Positions 1-13,360 of a stretch of DNA of 64,000 bases are shown piece by piece (the first letter of the stretch is position 1; each line of letters opens with the position of its first letter). The position numbers were made by a program, and so were the translations under genes. The notes under the pieces were generated by a model. The model worked only from the letters and a program-made list of their open reading frames with translations. It was not told where the DNA came from and did not search any database. Source of the stretch: Chiloscyllium plagiosum (lineage: Eukaryota); NCBI RefSeq assembly GCF_004010195.1, contig NC_057718.1, positions 67,534,408-67,598,407 on the forward strand, written 5' to 3'.

Positions 1-538
1 GGCACCTTCCCCTGCAACCACAAGAAGTGCAAAACTTGCGCCCACACCTCCCCCCTCACCTCCCTCCATGGTCCCAATGGATCCTTCTATATCTGTCGCA
101 AATTCACCTGCACCTCCACGCACATCATTTACTCTATCCGCTGCACCCAACGTGGCCTCCTCTACATTGGGGAGACAGGCCGCCTGCTGGCGGAACGTTT
201 CAGGGAACATCTCTGGGGCACCCGCACCAACCAACCCAACCGCCCTGTGGCTGAACACTTTAACTCCGCCAAGGACATGCAGGCCTCCTCCTTCTCCAGA
301 CCCTGGCCACACGACGCCTGGAGGAAGAGCGCCTCATCTTCCGCCTAGGAACCCTCCAAGCACAGGGGATGAATGTAGATTTCTCCAGCTTCCTCATTTC
401 CCCTCCCCCCACCTTATCTCAGTCTCAACCACCAGATTCAGCACCGCCTTCTTGATCTGCAATCTTCTTCCTGACCTCTCCGCCCCCAACCCCTCCCCGG
501 CCTATCACCCTCACCCTCACCTCCTTCCACCTATCGTA
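1..538 (+). mobile_element. Penelope-like element (Neptune-type) 3' part: Cys-rich linker, GIY-YIG endonuclease and C-rich 3' region
   Basis: Frame 1 from base 1 reads GTFPCNHKKCKTCAH...FTCTSTHIIYSIRCTQRGLLYIGETGRLLAERFREHL...PVAEHFNS, with IIY...YIGET GIY-YIG motifs; frame decays after ~270. Confidence 0.9.
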
Positions 539-1078
539 TCTAAAGCAGATACATAAGGATATGCAAGATTTAATGACCTGTTAAACCTTAGTATCCCGGA
601 ATGGATTTTGAATCCACTTGAAGTACAACCCACCCAAGTTGAGGCAGAAATTCAAGAGAGGTTGATTGATCTTCAGACTACGGAAAAGGCCCAAATATTT
701 TTTATTGCCTTACCTCAACATATTTGGTTGAGAACGGATTCTGCAAGGTAGTTTCCTTGACAAAATCCAGGAACAGAATTATTAGCGCAACAAGAGATGA
801 CCTCCGATGGTCATTGTCTAATTTGGAGCACAATTTCATGAAACTTGCAGAAAAACACCAAGCTCAAGGATTGGATTAGCTATGATAGATGTTTAATTTC
901 ATACAGTCCTTTTTTTAAAGACTGTCCAATATGTTGGAATGTTCAAGTTTTCTTGGTGTTTAGTAATAAATGATTTTCTATCTATCTGTTTGTATTGTAT
1001 CCCTGTTTGAAAGGGGGGCCCGGTACCTGAGAAGAGCTCCTAGAGAGGCCATGGCCAAAACACGGTGAAGAGTCATTG
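539..1078 (+). mobile_element. hAT (Charlie/Buster-like) transposase C-terminal remnant with 3' end
   Basis: Broken frames give RFNDLLNLSIPEWILNPLEV...EIQERLIDLQ, PSTYLVENGF and DDLRWSLSNLEHNFMKLAEKHQAQG; ends in a degenerate ...gaagagtcattg terminus at ~1078. Confidence 0.75.
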
Positions 1079-1079
1079 A

Positions 1080-1795
1080 TTTAGCCCATCAAGTCTGCTC
1101 CACCATTAAATGAAATCCTAGCTGATCTGACAATCCTCAACTCCATTTTCCTGCTTTTTTCCTATTATCCTGGATTTCCTTACTGATTAAAAATCTATCT
1201 TAGATTTGAATATACATAATGACCTAGCCTCGAATACCCTCTGTGGTAAAGAATTCCACAAATTCACTACTTTCTGAGAGAAATGTCCTCCTCATTTTTG
1301 TTTCATATGGGTGATCCCTTATTCTGAGATTATACACTGTCGTCCTAGACTTTCCCATAACTGAAAACAACCTTTCCACACCTAACCTGTGAAGTCCCTG
1401 AATAATCTTGTATGTTTCAAAAAGGTCACCTCTCATTCTTCTAAACTCCAAGCTTTTCCAGCCCAATTTGCTCAACCCTTCCTCATAAAATAGCCTCTTT
1501 ATACCTAGGTGAAGTATGGCAGTAGGTTGACTTAGTGAAACTTCTCGGAACTGCCTCCAATGCCAGTACATGCTTCCTTAGATAAGGGACCCAAAACTGT
1601 TAATAGTATTTCAGCAGTGGTTTGACTAGTACCTTATATGGTTTTAGCAACATTTCCCTATTTTTATTCTCCATTCCCTTTGAAATAAAAGCTAATATTT
1701 CATTTGCCTTCTTTATTACCTGCTGGATTTGTATGATAGCTTTTTGAGATTTATGCATGTGGACTCCCAGACTTCTCTCTACTGCAGTTTTCTGC
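1080..1795 (-). mobile_element. CR1 LINE, 3' fragment
   Basis: ORF 1224-1571 SLEFRRMRGDLFETYKII, typical CR1 ORF2 C-terminus, followed by CR1 3' UTR. Confidence 0.9.
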
Positions 1796-2049
1796 AGTCT
1801 ATTACTGGGAAATTGCTAAAGTCTTTAAATAAGAATAGATTAACTGAATATCTTGAAACATTCTCTGCTGGTCAAAAGAAGCCAGCATTAATTTGTAATG
1901 AATACATCAATTCTGACCAACCTGATCATTTTATTTTGAAAGGTGGCTAAAGTAGTGGTCAAGAAAATCTTTATGGACATCATTTTGTGAACTTCTAGAA
2001 AGCATTTGATAATATTCCTTCTAAAAGACTGTTAACAAAAGCAATAGTG

Positions 2050-3075
2050 AAATGGTGGTACAGTACCAAGTCAGGATGGTTTTAGGAGAACTTTTAGATA
2101 CTGGTGCTCCATTAATCTGCTGTCCTTGTCCTTCCACATGGTGAGGTCACAGGTTTAGAAGGTGTTCTCTAAAGAGACTTGGTGAATTTCTGCCGTGTGT
2201 TTACCAACTGTGGGTGAATGGTGGAGGGAGTGGGCTTCTTTGTCCAGGAGAGTCTCAAACTTCTTCAATATTGTTGGAAATGTACTCATCCAGACAAGTG
2301 TATATTATTCTATCATGCTCCTGACATGTGGTGGATGGGCTTTGAGGATTTAGGAGGTTAATTACTCATTGCAGATTTCTCAGCTTCTGATCTGCTGTTG
2401 TAGGTACAGTATTTATATGTCTGGCCTAGTACAGTTATTGGTCAATGGGTAATGCCATCAATGGCATCAATGGTAATGCCATCAAATGGCAAGTAGTAAT
2501 GGTTGGATTCCCTCTTTTTGGAAATGATAATTGCCTGGCAATTACATGGCACAAATTTTATTTGTCACTTAACAGTTCAAGCCTGAATATTAAATATCTT
2601 GATGTATTTGGACACAGCCGACTTCAGTATCTGAGGAACTATGAATTCCAGTAACCATTGTGCTGCTGTCAGTGTGCATCACCACCTCCAACTTTATGAC
2701 GAGGGAAAGTCATTGATGCCTCGATGTCTATGAAGCAATTGGAAATGATCTGGCTCAGAAACTATCCTGAGGAACTCTTGCAAAGAGGCCTGTGTCTGAA
2801 ATAATTAACATCCAACAGCCACAACTATTTTCCCACGTGCGAGGTATGGCACAGACCAACAGAGTTTTTTCCTCTTAATTCTCATTGACCCCAGTTTTGA
2901 TAGGATTCCTTGATAATAGTTCTGAGGAAAGGTCACGCAACCTGAAACATTACGTCTGACCTCTCTCCACACATGCTGCTAGACTTGCTGAGCTTAGCCA
3001 GCAATTTCTGTTTTTGTTCCTTGATAACATATTCAGTCAAATGCTGCCTTGATAACAAGAGCAGTCATATTCCTA
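2050..3075 (-). mobile_element. Old CR1-group LINE RT fragments with a short PLE arm at ~2920-3020
   Basis: Resembles the reverse complement of RT parts of the old LINE at 34.9-35.9 kb; heavily decayed. Confidence 0.5.
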
Positions 3076-3404
3076 TATTCTATTTTTACCATTTTCATCA
3101 GTTTCTTTGTGACACTTCACCAATTTCTAAAACATTCTTAATCTTACTGCTTCATTGTTTATATGTTCTTTATACTTTTCTCTGCCTCATCTCTTAATCT
3201 AATACTATCCTCACTTTTCTGAGTGAGCTACGGACGGGTCTTGATGATATTTGTTTTTCAATTGGAGAGTATTTTAATTGAACATTTTGAATTGTTTCTC
3301 TAAATGTTTCCTATTTTTCGTTTGTCGCCATACCTTTTTGTTTACTAATCTAAACAAACTTTGCCAGTTCTCCCTTCATACCTGTGTAAGGGACTTTGTT
3401 AATT

Positions 3405-3505
3405 TCATAGAATCCCTACAGTGCAGAAAAAAAAGGCCATTTGGCCCATAATGTCTGCGCTACTCCTCTGGAGAACATACCACATGGACCCACCTCCCAC
3501 ATTCC
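3405..3505 (-). mobile_element. HE1-type SINE / CR1-like 3' tail fragment
   Basis: catagaatccctacagtgcaga...ggccatttggccc tail as in the other HE1 copies. Confidence 0.7.
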
Positions 3506-3511
3506 TGAAAG

Positions 3512-3897
3512 CGGAATTTAGAATAACTTGACTATTGGAAAACCGATCCGAAACATCAACGGAACTAGTTAATTGTTCCAAGACAGTAATATCCCATAAA
3601 CACACCCCTTGACAAAAAGGTGAATTCAAACACAATTCTTACAGGCAGGAGGGAGCAGCATCCAGAGCGAGATTTCAGAAGAAAGTCTGAAGAATTCTTT
3701 ACTGAAGGTTGCAACTCTCTGGACTCACACATCTTGTGACTGCTACAGCTAAAACAAACTAGAAAAACCTGAACTGGGAGAACTCCCTACTCCCTTTCCA
3801 TTGTTAAACTGGACACTTCAGCGTCTCTGCCTTTACAACCTCTCTTCAAAAAGAACCAAGGGTAAAATTATGTTTTTAAAGTGATAACATCATGACA
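3512..3897 (-). repeat. 3' LTR of element A (outer end truncated)
   Basis: Matches ~11570-11954; ends ...catgaca at 3897 next to a purine-rich PPT-like tract on the minus strand. Confidence 0.85.
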
Positions 3898-6800
3898 CCT
3901 TGCCACTTAAAGAAAACAAACCATCAATATACAAAGATGGCTTCATTTTAAAACCACTTAGTCTTACTCTGTTATTATTACATTGGTTCTAAGCATGCAA
4001 ACATTCACTACTACGTTCTATTTCAGTTTCTTTACCCCTGCTACTGAACGACTCCATTTTTCTTCATCCAACTCTCATCAATGCATCAGCAGTTATGTTT
4101 TCTCATCCCTCCATGTGCAATAATAACTCCATCTAAACAGTCTAGAACTTTTATCCTTAAATTTCTAAAGAAACGTTAATAGGTTATGATCAGTATATAC
4201 AATCGTCTCAGAAGTATTACAGGAAATATAAATGTTGAAATGTAACGCCCAAACCAAGCTCAAGGCCTCCTTCTCAACTGTGAAATATTTCTGTTGATGA
4301 ATATTCAGTTCCTGGAGAAGTATCCAATAGATCTTTCTATCTCCTCATTCTTGTAAGAGTACAGCACTGACACTCACATCATTAATATCAATAGCCACCT
4401 TAAACGGCTTTGCATAAGGAGGTGTGGCTAATACTGGGGCAATGGTTAACAGTTTACAGGCTGTCAAATGCCTTCTGAAATTCCTTGGTCCACTGATTTT
4501 GTTTAGCACATTTTCAATAAATCAGTGAGTGGAACAACCACGCTGTTAAGATTTGGCACAAATTTCCTATAAAACCCACTCAATCTCAGGCATTCGAGTA
4601 CTGTTCTTTTCATCACCTCCCCAGTAAACTTTGTTTTCCCAATCCATGGGGCCATCTGTCCATGTCCAACAACATGGCCCAGGAATGTGACTTGGGCTTT
4701 TGTGAATTCACTCTTATCCAGGTTTATCATCAAGTCTGCCTCTCGAAGTCAATTGAACAATTCTAATAAATGTTGCCAATGATCCTTCCACTTGTGACTA
4801 AAAAATCACCAGATCATTGATGTATACCAAACAATTGGGTCATCCAGAAATGACATTATTGGTTAGCCTTTGAAATATGGCTGGCACATTTTTCATACCA
4901 AATGGCATGACTTTAATTTGGTACAGTCCATTCGATGTTACAAAAGCTGAACTTTTCCTCACTCTATCAGATAAAGATACCTGCCAGGATCCTCTGAGTA
5001 AATCCAAATAAGAAATATAAGTTTCTTGTCCCACCTTCTCCATACAGTGTTCCAAATGTGGAATCGGATATAAATCAGACTTTGTAATATCACTGACTTT
5101 GCGATTGTCTACACATAACTGTTGGGTACAATCTGGTTTTGGCACCATTACTATGGGTGAGCTCCTGTCACTGCAACTCACTTTGATTATGTTGTCTTTG
5201 AGCATGCATTCAATTTCTTTTTGAATTTGTGCCAACTTTCGAGGGTTAAGTCTATAAGCATGTTGCTTAATTGGAACACCAGCACTTCTTAGATCTACAT
5301 CATTCATAATTAGATTAGTATTTCCCAGCTTATTCCCACATATCTCCCAATGAGGTAATAATAACTCTTTCACATCATTTTGATTTTACTCTGGAAGATA
5401 ATTCAATAATTTATCCCAATTTTTGAGAATTTCCTCATTGTCCAATTTAATTTGAGGAATGTCCAATTCAAAATCCTCTGAATCTGGTTCTTCACTCTGT
5501 GCTATAACCAGTAACACACTCTCCTTTTGCTTTCCTTCCCTATCAAAATACCTTTTGAGCATATTCATATGACACACCTGTCTGCTTCCAGTTTCATCGT
5601 ATGCCGTGATACTTTTAAATGCTGTCGAGCCAACTCCCCCACTCTATTTAATCATTTCCTAAAATCTGACGCATAGTCCAAATGTGTGGTCTCTGAATTC
5701 TGACTCACCAATTTCTCCTTAATTAATTTGGGTAGCCCTCTCACCTCATGCCCAAAAACTAGTTCAACTGGACTGAATTTGGTTGATTCATTTGGCACAT
5801 CCCTAATGGCAAAAAGTGAAAACAGAATTCCTTTATCCTAATCATCTAGATAGTCTTGACTATAAACCCTTGTCATGGTCTTTAAAGTTTGATGACGCTT
5901 TTCTAAATCTTCCTGCAAATCTGTATGGTATGCAAAGGATTTGAATTGTTTTATTTCTAAGGTATGCATAACTTCCCTGAATAATTTTGATGTAAACTTT
6001 GACCCTTAATTTGAATGTATCTGTGAATAGTCCGTTTCTAGTGAAAAATTTGAGTAACTCTTCTCCGATACTTTTAGGTGTGATATTGCGTAATGGAATG
6101 GCCTTTGGAAATCTAGTGGACATATCCATTATTTTAAACAAACACTGATTCCCCTATTTATTTTAAGTAGTGGAACTGTGTAATCAATTAAAACCCTTGT
6201 GAAAGGTTCCTCAAACGCAGGGATAGGTATTAAAGATGCTAGTTTTATTACTGCCTGAGGCGTTCCAATGACCTGACACATATGACTTTTCTGGCAAAAT
6301 TCAATTACATCCTTATGCAGTTCAGAACAGTAAAAATGTTTTTGAATTTTAGCTTGAGTTTCTCTTACCCCAAATGACCTCCTAGTGATAATTTATGTGC
6401 TACCCGCAACACTTCCTTTCTATAACCCACTGGTAATACAACTTGATAAACTTCTACCCATTTTTCATCCTCCTGAATCACAGTCATAGAGTCCTACAGC
6501 ATAGAGATAGGCTTTTGGCCTAAACTGGCCCATGCTGACCAAAATGTCTATTTCCTTGCACTTGGCCCATATCCTTCTAAACTTTTTCTGTCCATATATT
6601 TGTCCAAATGCCTTTTAAATGTTGGTAATGCACCCATCTCAACCACTTTCACTGGCAGCTCATTCCATATGCATACCACTCTCTGTGTAAAGACGTTGTC
6701 CCTCAGGTTCCCTTTTATTCTTTTTCCTCTAACCTTAAACTGATGCCCTCTAGACCTTGATACCCTAACCCTGGCAATTAAGATTGAGTGCATTCACCCT

Positions 6801-8177
6801 GTTCATGCCTGTCATGATTTTATGAACTTCTATAAGATTCTCCCCTCAGTCTCCTATGCTGTAAAGAAAAAAGTCCTAGCTTGCCCAACCTCTGCCTATG
6901 ACTTAGACCCTTGACCCTTAGACCCGGCAACATCCTTGTAAATTTCTATTGCACTCTTTCCAGTTTAACAACATCCTTCCTATACCAAGGTGACCAAAAC
7001 TGAACACAATACTCCAAGTGCAGCCTCACCAACGGCCTATACAACTGCAACATAACCTCCCAACTTCTATACTCAATACTCTGACTGATGAAGGCCATTG
7101 TGCTAAAAGCCTCCTTCACTGCCCTATCTATCTGTGACTCCATTTTCAGAGAACTGTGCACCTGAACTCCACATTCCCTCTGTTCCACTACACTCCTTAA
7201 GAGCCTACCATTCAGCATGAAACTCCGACTTTGATTTAACTTTCCAAAACACAAGACCTCACACTTATCAATATTAAACTCTATTTGCCATTTATTGGCC
7301 CACTTCCCCAGCTGATCAAGGTCCTGCTGCAATTTCTGACAACCTTCCTCACTGTCCACGATACTGCCTATTTTAGTGTTATCAGTAAACTTACTAATCA
7401 TGTCTTGCACATTCTCATCCAAATCAGATAAGAAATAGACAGCAAACAGCAATAGGCCCAGCACCAATTCTTGAGGCACTCTACTAGTCATAGGCCTCCA
7501 GTCTGACAAGTATCCTTCCACTATATCCTTTGCTTCCTACCATCAAGCCAATTGTGTATCCAATTTGCCAACTCTCCTTGGATTCCATGCAATCTAATCT
7601 TCCAGAGCAGCCTACCATGTGGAATCTTATCAATGGCCATACTGAAATCCAAATAGACCACGTCTACTGCCTTGCCCTCATCAACCTTGCTGGTCACTTC
7701 ATCAAAGAACTCTAACAAATTTGTGAGGCATGATCGCCCATGCACAAAGCCACACTGACTGTTCCTCATCAAACCCCGTCTTTCCAAATGCATGTATATC
7801 TTATCTCTCAGAATCTTCTCAAGTAACTTACATGCCACAGATGTTTGGCTTACTGGTCTATAGTTCCCACGGGTTTTTTTTGCATCCCTTCTTGAATAAG
7901 TGCACAACATTCGCTACACTCTGGTCTTCAGGGATGTCAATCATGGCTAATGATGATGCAAAAATATCTGCCAGGGCCCCCGCCATTTCGTCTCTCACCC
8001 ATTGCAGTGTTCTTGTATATATCTGGTCAGGGCCACAAGATTTATCCACCTTCCTATTTTCCAAACTGTCCAACACCTCCTCTACTGTGATATGGACTGT
8101 CCCCAAGATATCACCACTAACTTCCCCAAGTCTTCATATCTTTCTCCACAGTAAGCATAGAGGAGAAACATTTGTTG

Positions 8178-8592
8178 TGGTTCTGTTCGCCGAGCTGGAA
8201 ATGTTTGTTGCAAATGTTTCGTCCCCTGACTAGGTGACATCCTCAGTGCTTGGGACCCTCCTGTGAAGCGCTTCTGTGGTGTTTCCTCCCGCATTATAGT
8301 GGCTTCTAGGAGTACCTAGAAGCATAGCACTCATCCACAAACTCCATCAACAAACACATCGACCTGGACCCAATATACCGGCCACTACAGCGGACAGCTG
8401 AAACTGACAACCGGAAGCAGCAGGGACAGGCCACTATAAATGCCGGAGGAAACACCACAGAAGCGCTTCACAGGAGGGTCCCAAGCACTGAGGATGTCAT
8501 CTAGACAGGGGACGAAACGTTTGCAACAAAAATTTCCAGCTCAGCGAACAGAACCACAACAACGAGCACCCGAGCTACAAATCTTCACCCAA
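8178..8592 (+). mobile_element. Penelope-like element 3' end with inverted partial copy, nested in CR1
   Basis: EYLEA*HSSTNSINKHIDLDPIYRPL PLE C-terminus; ~8172-8303 is inverted relative to ~8430-8562; flanking 17-bp duplication aggagaaa(c/t)atttgttg at 8161-8177 and 8593-8609. Confidence 0.88.
8485..8524 (+). ncRNA. Minimal type I hammerhead ribozyme motif (PLE-associated)
   Basis: GCA-CTGAGGA-T-GTC...GAC-GAAACGTT-TGC: conserved core, stem I GCA/TGC, stem II GTC/GAC, palindromic ACGT stem III. Confidence 0.7.
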
Positions 8593-11366
8593 AGGAGAAA
8601 TATTTGTTGAGGACTTTCCCATGTCCTGCAGTTCTACACGTACATATCCACTTTGTCCTTGAGGGGTCCGTTACTCTCTCTAGTTATTCTATTTCTTTTA
8701 ATATACCTGAAGAACCTCTTTGGATTCACCCTAATCTTCTCAGCCAAGGCTATCTTGGGCCCCGTTTTCGCCCTCCTGATTTCCTTCTTCTGTAAACTCC
8801 TGTATTCCCTATACACCTCCAGGGATTCCCTAGATCCCAACTGCCTGCAGCTGAACCATACCTCTCTCTTTTTCCTGGTGAGAGCCTCAACATCTCTTGT
8901 CATCCAGGGTTCCCTATTCCTATCAACCTTGTCTTTCACCCTCACAGGAACATATAGATCCTGATCTCTAGTTATCTCACTTTTAAAGGCCTTCCACTTG
9001 CCGGAGGTCCCTTTGCAGCAAACAAACTACTCTAATCAATCCCTGCAAGCTCCTGTCTAACTCCATCATGCCCCAATTTAGAACTTGAACCAGTGGACCA
9101 GTTTTGTCTCTTTCCATAATGAATTAAAAATTAATAGAATTATGGGCACTGGTATCAAAGTGCTCCCCACTGTCACCTCAGTCAACTGTCCTGACCTATT
9201 TCCCAAGAGTAGGTCGGGTTTTGCTTCTACCTGAGTAGGACCCTCTGTATACTCCTTGAGGAAGCTTTCCTGAATGCACTTAACAAGTTCCACCCCATCT
9301 GAGCTGTTAATGCTCTGGCTGTCCCAGCCTATGTTAGCAAAATTAAAATGCCCCACTATGACAATCCTATTGCTCCTGCAATGCATGATGATCTTCATTT
9401 CCTCATCAAGACATCATTCTTGAGACAGTAACATTCAAGAATACACTCAGGTTCCTCTTCTGCAAACACTTACTGATACAATTGCTTCAGTTTTTCATCT
9501 TACTGTTCTATCTCAGTAATTTATCGGAACTAAAATGTTCACTTTGTCCTCCGCCTGTTCTTGTTTCTGATAATTCTACTTCAATTTCCTTGTCTGTATT
9601 ACTTGATTTCTCCTCCTGTTTCAACTGATGGCTTTAGGACCCTGTTATCACACAGTGAGGAAAAATCCCAGGATATACTTCCTGTAATACCTTACGGGCC
9701 TGATTCTCCACTGTCTTTTCAAACACAGTAGGCAGCACTCCTACCTGTGATCCAGCAATATCATTACCAAGAACAGATTGTATTCCTGGAGCCGAGAGTT
9801 CCTCCAGTATGCTTTTCACCACTCCTCCACTTTTCACAGGACACTCGAGCCTCACTCTACATGATGGAGCACTCATCATCTCACCATGAATTTCACGTAC
9901 TAGCCACTTTTTCTGGCAATAGTCCTTCCAAGTTACATATCTCCTCACCGCTCAACATCAAACATTGACATGGTCCCATATCTCTTAATACTGTAACTTC
10001 TTTACCTGTTGCTCCTGGTCAATGTGAGTAAGCCTTACCTGTGCAAGTAAGTGGCTTAAAAAGATCTGGCACTTGCTTCTTAACCAACAAGCAACCAGGC
10101 TGTATAGTCTGGTGCAATCGTTTAACCTCCACTGTGCTCTCCTTTACCACTTTAACAAAATTCACTTGTTTATTCAGTTTTCCTACATCTGTCTCCCCAG
10201 AGCTTTTTCTAATACACCAACACTGTGACTTCATGTGGTCTACTTTATTGCAATGAAAACACCAGAGTCTTTTAACTTCTCTTCCCCCTTCATAGGTTTC
10301 CTTTTTACCTGTGGTAAGTTATCTTTATTATCTTCAATGAGATCTCCTTTTCCCTTACCACCTGAGGATTTTCTTTTCCCCAATTTCTATCCCTCATGGA
10401 TTGAAATTGATGTTGAAAGGCAAACTTTGATTTATGAACCAATTGATAATAATCAGCCATTTCACCTGCTAATCTTGCCATTTTAACCCTCTGCTCTTCC
10501 ACATGCATTCTCACTACCTCAGGAAGTGAATTTTTGCACTCTTCAAAAATAATCATCTCTCGAAGAGTGTTATAATGCCCTTACCCACTTATCAAAATTA
10601 CATCGTTTCATCTTTTCAAACTCAATGTACGTTTGACCAGGTTCCCTCCTTAGGTTGCTGAAATGTTGTCTGTAGGCTTCTGGCGCAAGCTCATATGCAC
10701 TTAAGATGGCTTTCTTCAACTCCTCATACTCTCCAGATATCTCCTCTGATAGTGATGCAAATACCTCACTTACTCTACCTACCAGTTTTGTTTGGATCAA
10801 CAAAACCCATATGGTCACTGGCCATTTCTGTTTGTTTAGCCACTTTCTCAAATGAAATGAAAAAGTCTTCTACATCCTTCTCACCAAATTTGGGTAATGC
10901 TTGGATATACTAAAACAGATCTCCATCAGGCTTTTGGCTACAATGAGCTCATAATCATTATCTTCTTCACTAAGCCTACCTTCTACCTTCACTTCCATCA
11001 TTTTAAGCCAACTTTCCTATCAAAGTGCCAATTTCTGAAGTTCAAATCCTCTCTCTTCCTCCCTTTCCTCTCTCTCTTTTTCCCTTTCTTCTACTAGGTA
11101 CTTCCTCTTGTTTTCTCACAGATGAAGGCAACCCCAACTCCAACTTGTCTGCCAATTCCAACAACTCTTTCTTGCTCACCTTTTGGAAAACCCCCAAAGT
11201 CACTTCTTCAGATCCTAGAAAAAACTTAGTGACTGAAAGAGCCATTATTACACAATGAGCTGTTTAAACCAACCAAATTCAACACCCAGTACAAAAGACA
11301 CTAACACCTACCATTCACCACCTTTGAATCCAAGAACCCTGAACCCAAAGTAGAACTCTAGAATCA

Positions 11367-11385
11367 ATCCTGACAGAGCCCTCCA
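11367..11385 (-). promoter_or_regulatory. Degenerate tRNA-Pro primer binding site of element A
   Basis: Minus strand TGGAGGGCTCTGTCAGGAT vs canonical PBS-Pro TGGGGGCTCGTCCGGGAT, 3 nt from the LTR. Confidence 0.75.
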
Positions 11386-11388
11386 ATC

Positions 11389-11954
11389 TGTGATAGACCA
11401 TGCCAGACCACTCGAAATATTTTAAGAAGGTAGCCTAGAGCCTCACGCTTTCTTACTTTAAAGGCAGATGTGAAGTGGGTGTTCCAGGTATGATGCAACT
11501 GGTCAAACCACTCGGCTTTAAGTAAAACAGAACTTATTTAAATACTACAGTTGAAATACAAACAAAAGAAAGTGGAATTTTGAATAACTTGTCTATTGGA
11601 AAACTTAACCGAACTGAAAACATCAGCTTAATTAATTAATTGTTCCAATAAACATCCCATAAACATACTCCTTGGCAAAACAATAAATTCAAACACAGAT
11701 TCTTACAGGCAGGAGGGATCCAGAGAGAGATTTCAGAAGAAAGTCTGAAGGATTCTTTACTGAAGCTTGCAACTCCCTGGACGCACACATCTTGTAACTG
11801 CTACAGCTAGAACAAACTAGAAGAAACCTGGACGGGGAGAACTGATCACTCCTCTTCCACTGTTAGTTAGACACTACGGTACCTCTTCCTTTATGACCTC
11901 TCTTCAAAAAAACCAAGGACAAAATAACCTTTTTAAAGTGACAGCATTGTCACA
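11389..11954 (-). repeat. 5' LTR of element A
   Basis: TG...CA termini; similar to 3512-3897 and to the reverse complement of the element B LTRs. Confidence 0.9.
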
Positions 11955-11974
11955 AAGCAATCACAAGAACATTC

Positions 11975-12855
11975 TTCCATCTTATCTTTCCAACAATTGT
12001 TGTCATCCTTTTGTTGTCCCAGTTTGTGCTGATGTTAAAGTTCCCCATAATTTTTATATTAACTTTGTTACAACCCCCAATGATGTCTTGTTTGATGATC
12101 TGTCAGAGGTATAATTATTGTTTGGGGATTTATAAACTATTTCCACCAGCATTTTCAGCCTTGTGCTATTCCACTTATACTGATTCTACTTCATTATACC
12201 TGAGGCCAGATCCATTCTCCCTAATGTCCTTAAGTAATCCTGTACTAACAGAACTGCCCCTCTTCCTTGCTATTCTGTTTGCCCTTCTGAAATATAATTT
12301 CCCATAGAAAATTTATTTGCCAATCTTGAACACCTTGTAACCATCTTCCTATAAAGCGGATAAAATCTAAACCATTTCAGTCTATTTGCACCATTAGCTC
12401 TTCAATCTAACTGAAGATGCTTCTTGAATTCAGAAACTTTAAGTTCATTTATTTTATTTCTATTCCCTGAAAATACCTTATTCACTGACAAACAATTTAT
12501 GATAAACTTCCTGTCATTTTCTGTCCCACCAGCATGTTTTTACCCACATCTTTATACTTTCTATTGTCTTGACCTTTCCCTCTAGATCTCTGAATTTCCC
12601 TTCACCCAAATCCTCCCTCCACTCTAGTTGTTTAAAGCCCTATCATAACCTTGTTATAGATCAGCCCTTGATTATACAATGGTCCAAGCCCACTTTAAGG
12701 GCAGACCACCTCAATAGATTTGCTCACATTTATTTTAACACTGACACCAGTGCCATTCTTTTCATGCCATTCTTTGAACTATGAATTCAATTCTCTAAAC
12801 TGCTTAACCCCTCACCAATCTGCACATGGTTCAGGTAACAATCCAGAGATTATTG
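11975..12855 (-). mobile_element. Old CR1 5'/endonuclease-region fragment
   Basis: Decayed similarity to the start of CR1 EN (compare 49440-49860). Confidence 0.45.
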
Positions 12856-12859
12856 TATA

Positions 12860-13360
12860 AGGTTATAAGAACTAGGAGCATGTGTTGGCAATTCAGCCTC
12901 TCAAGCCTTCTCTGCCATTTGATACAATTATGGTTGATCTCATCTTGGCCTCAACTCTACTTTCTTACTTACTCTCCATAACCCTTCAACATGTTGTTAA
13001 TTAAACATCTGTCTATCTCCTTCTTAAATTTACTTAATGTCCACCGTACTCTGGGTAATGAATTCCACAAATTCACGAGCCTTTCAGAGAAGTTATTTCT
13101 CCTCATCTCTGTTTTCAATCTGCTACCCCTTATCCTAAAACTATGCCCTCTCATTCTAAATTGCTCTATGTGAGGAAACATCCTTATTTTGCCAATTCCC
13201 TGTTGCATCTTATATACCTCATTTAGATGGCCTCTTGTTCTTCTAAACTCCAAAGAGTCTAAACTGCTCAATCTCTCTTCTTAAGACAAGATCTGGAGTG
13301 TATCTAGTGAGCCTCCACTGAGCTGCTTCCAACACAATAAAGGGAACAAAATTATAAGCA
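12860..13360 (-). mobile_element. CR1 LINE 3' fragment
   Basis: ORF 12969-13271 SLEFRRTRGHLNEVYK...RLVNLWNSLP. Confidence 0.9.

Larger units (their letters stand above)
6478..9400 (-). mobile_element. CR1 LINE (EN + RT, 5' truncated) nested in Gypsy A
   Basis: ORFs 9078-9398 (IVIVGHFNF), 7521-7910 (NYRPVS, VYLDFS), 6946-7521 (SKFTDNTK), 6548-6793; tail near 6480. Confidence 0.95.
3512..11954 (-). mobile_element. Gmr1-like Gypsy LTR retrotransposon A (decayed; gag-PR-IN-RT-RNaseH), with nested CR1 and PLE
   Basis: Minus-strand fragments in order: gag (MALSVTKFFLG; WVLLIQTKLVGRVSEVF..AYELAPEAYRQHF; Zn-knuckle remnant CNKVDHMKSQC), protease ~9.6-10 kb, integrase ~5.5-6.5 kb (IMDMSTRFPKAIPLRNI), RT 4.5-5.4 kb (SPIVMVPKPD, MPFGMKN), RNase H ~4.1-4.45 kb; paired LTRs. 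Confidence 0.92.

Noticed and set aside
2443..2490. Short tandem repeats (also 43290-43358) as a CRISPR-like array
   Set aside because: Only 2-3 units with no unique spacers; slippage duplications in eukaryotic repeat DNA
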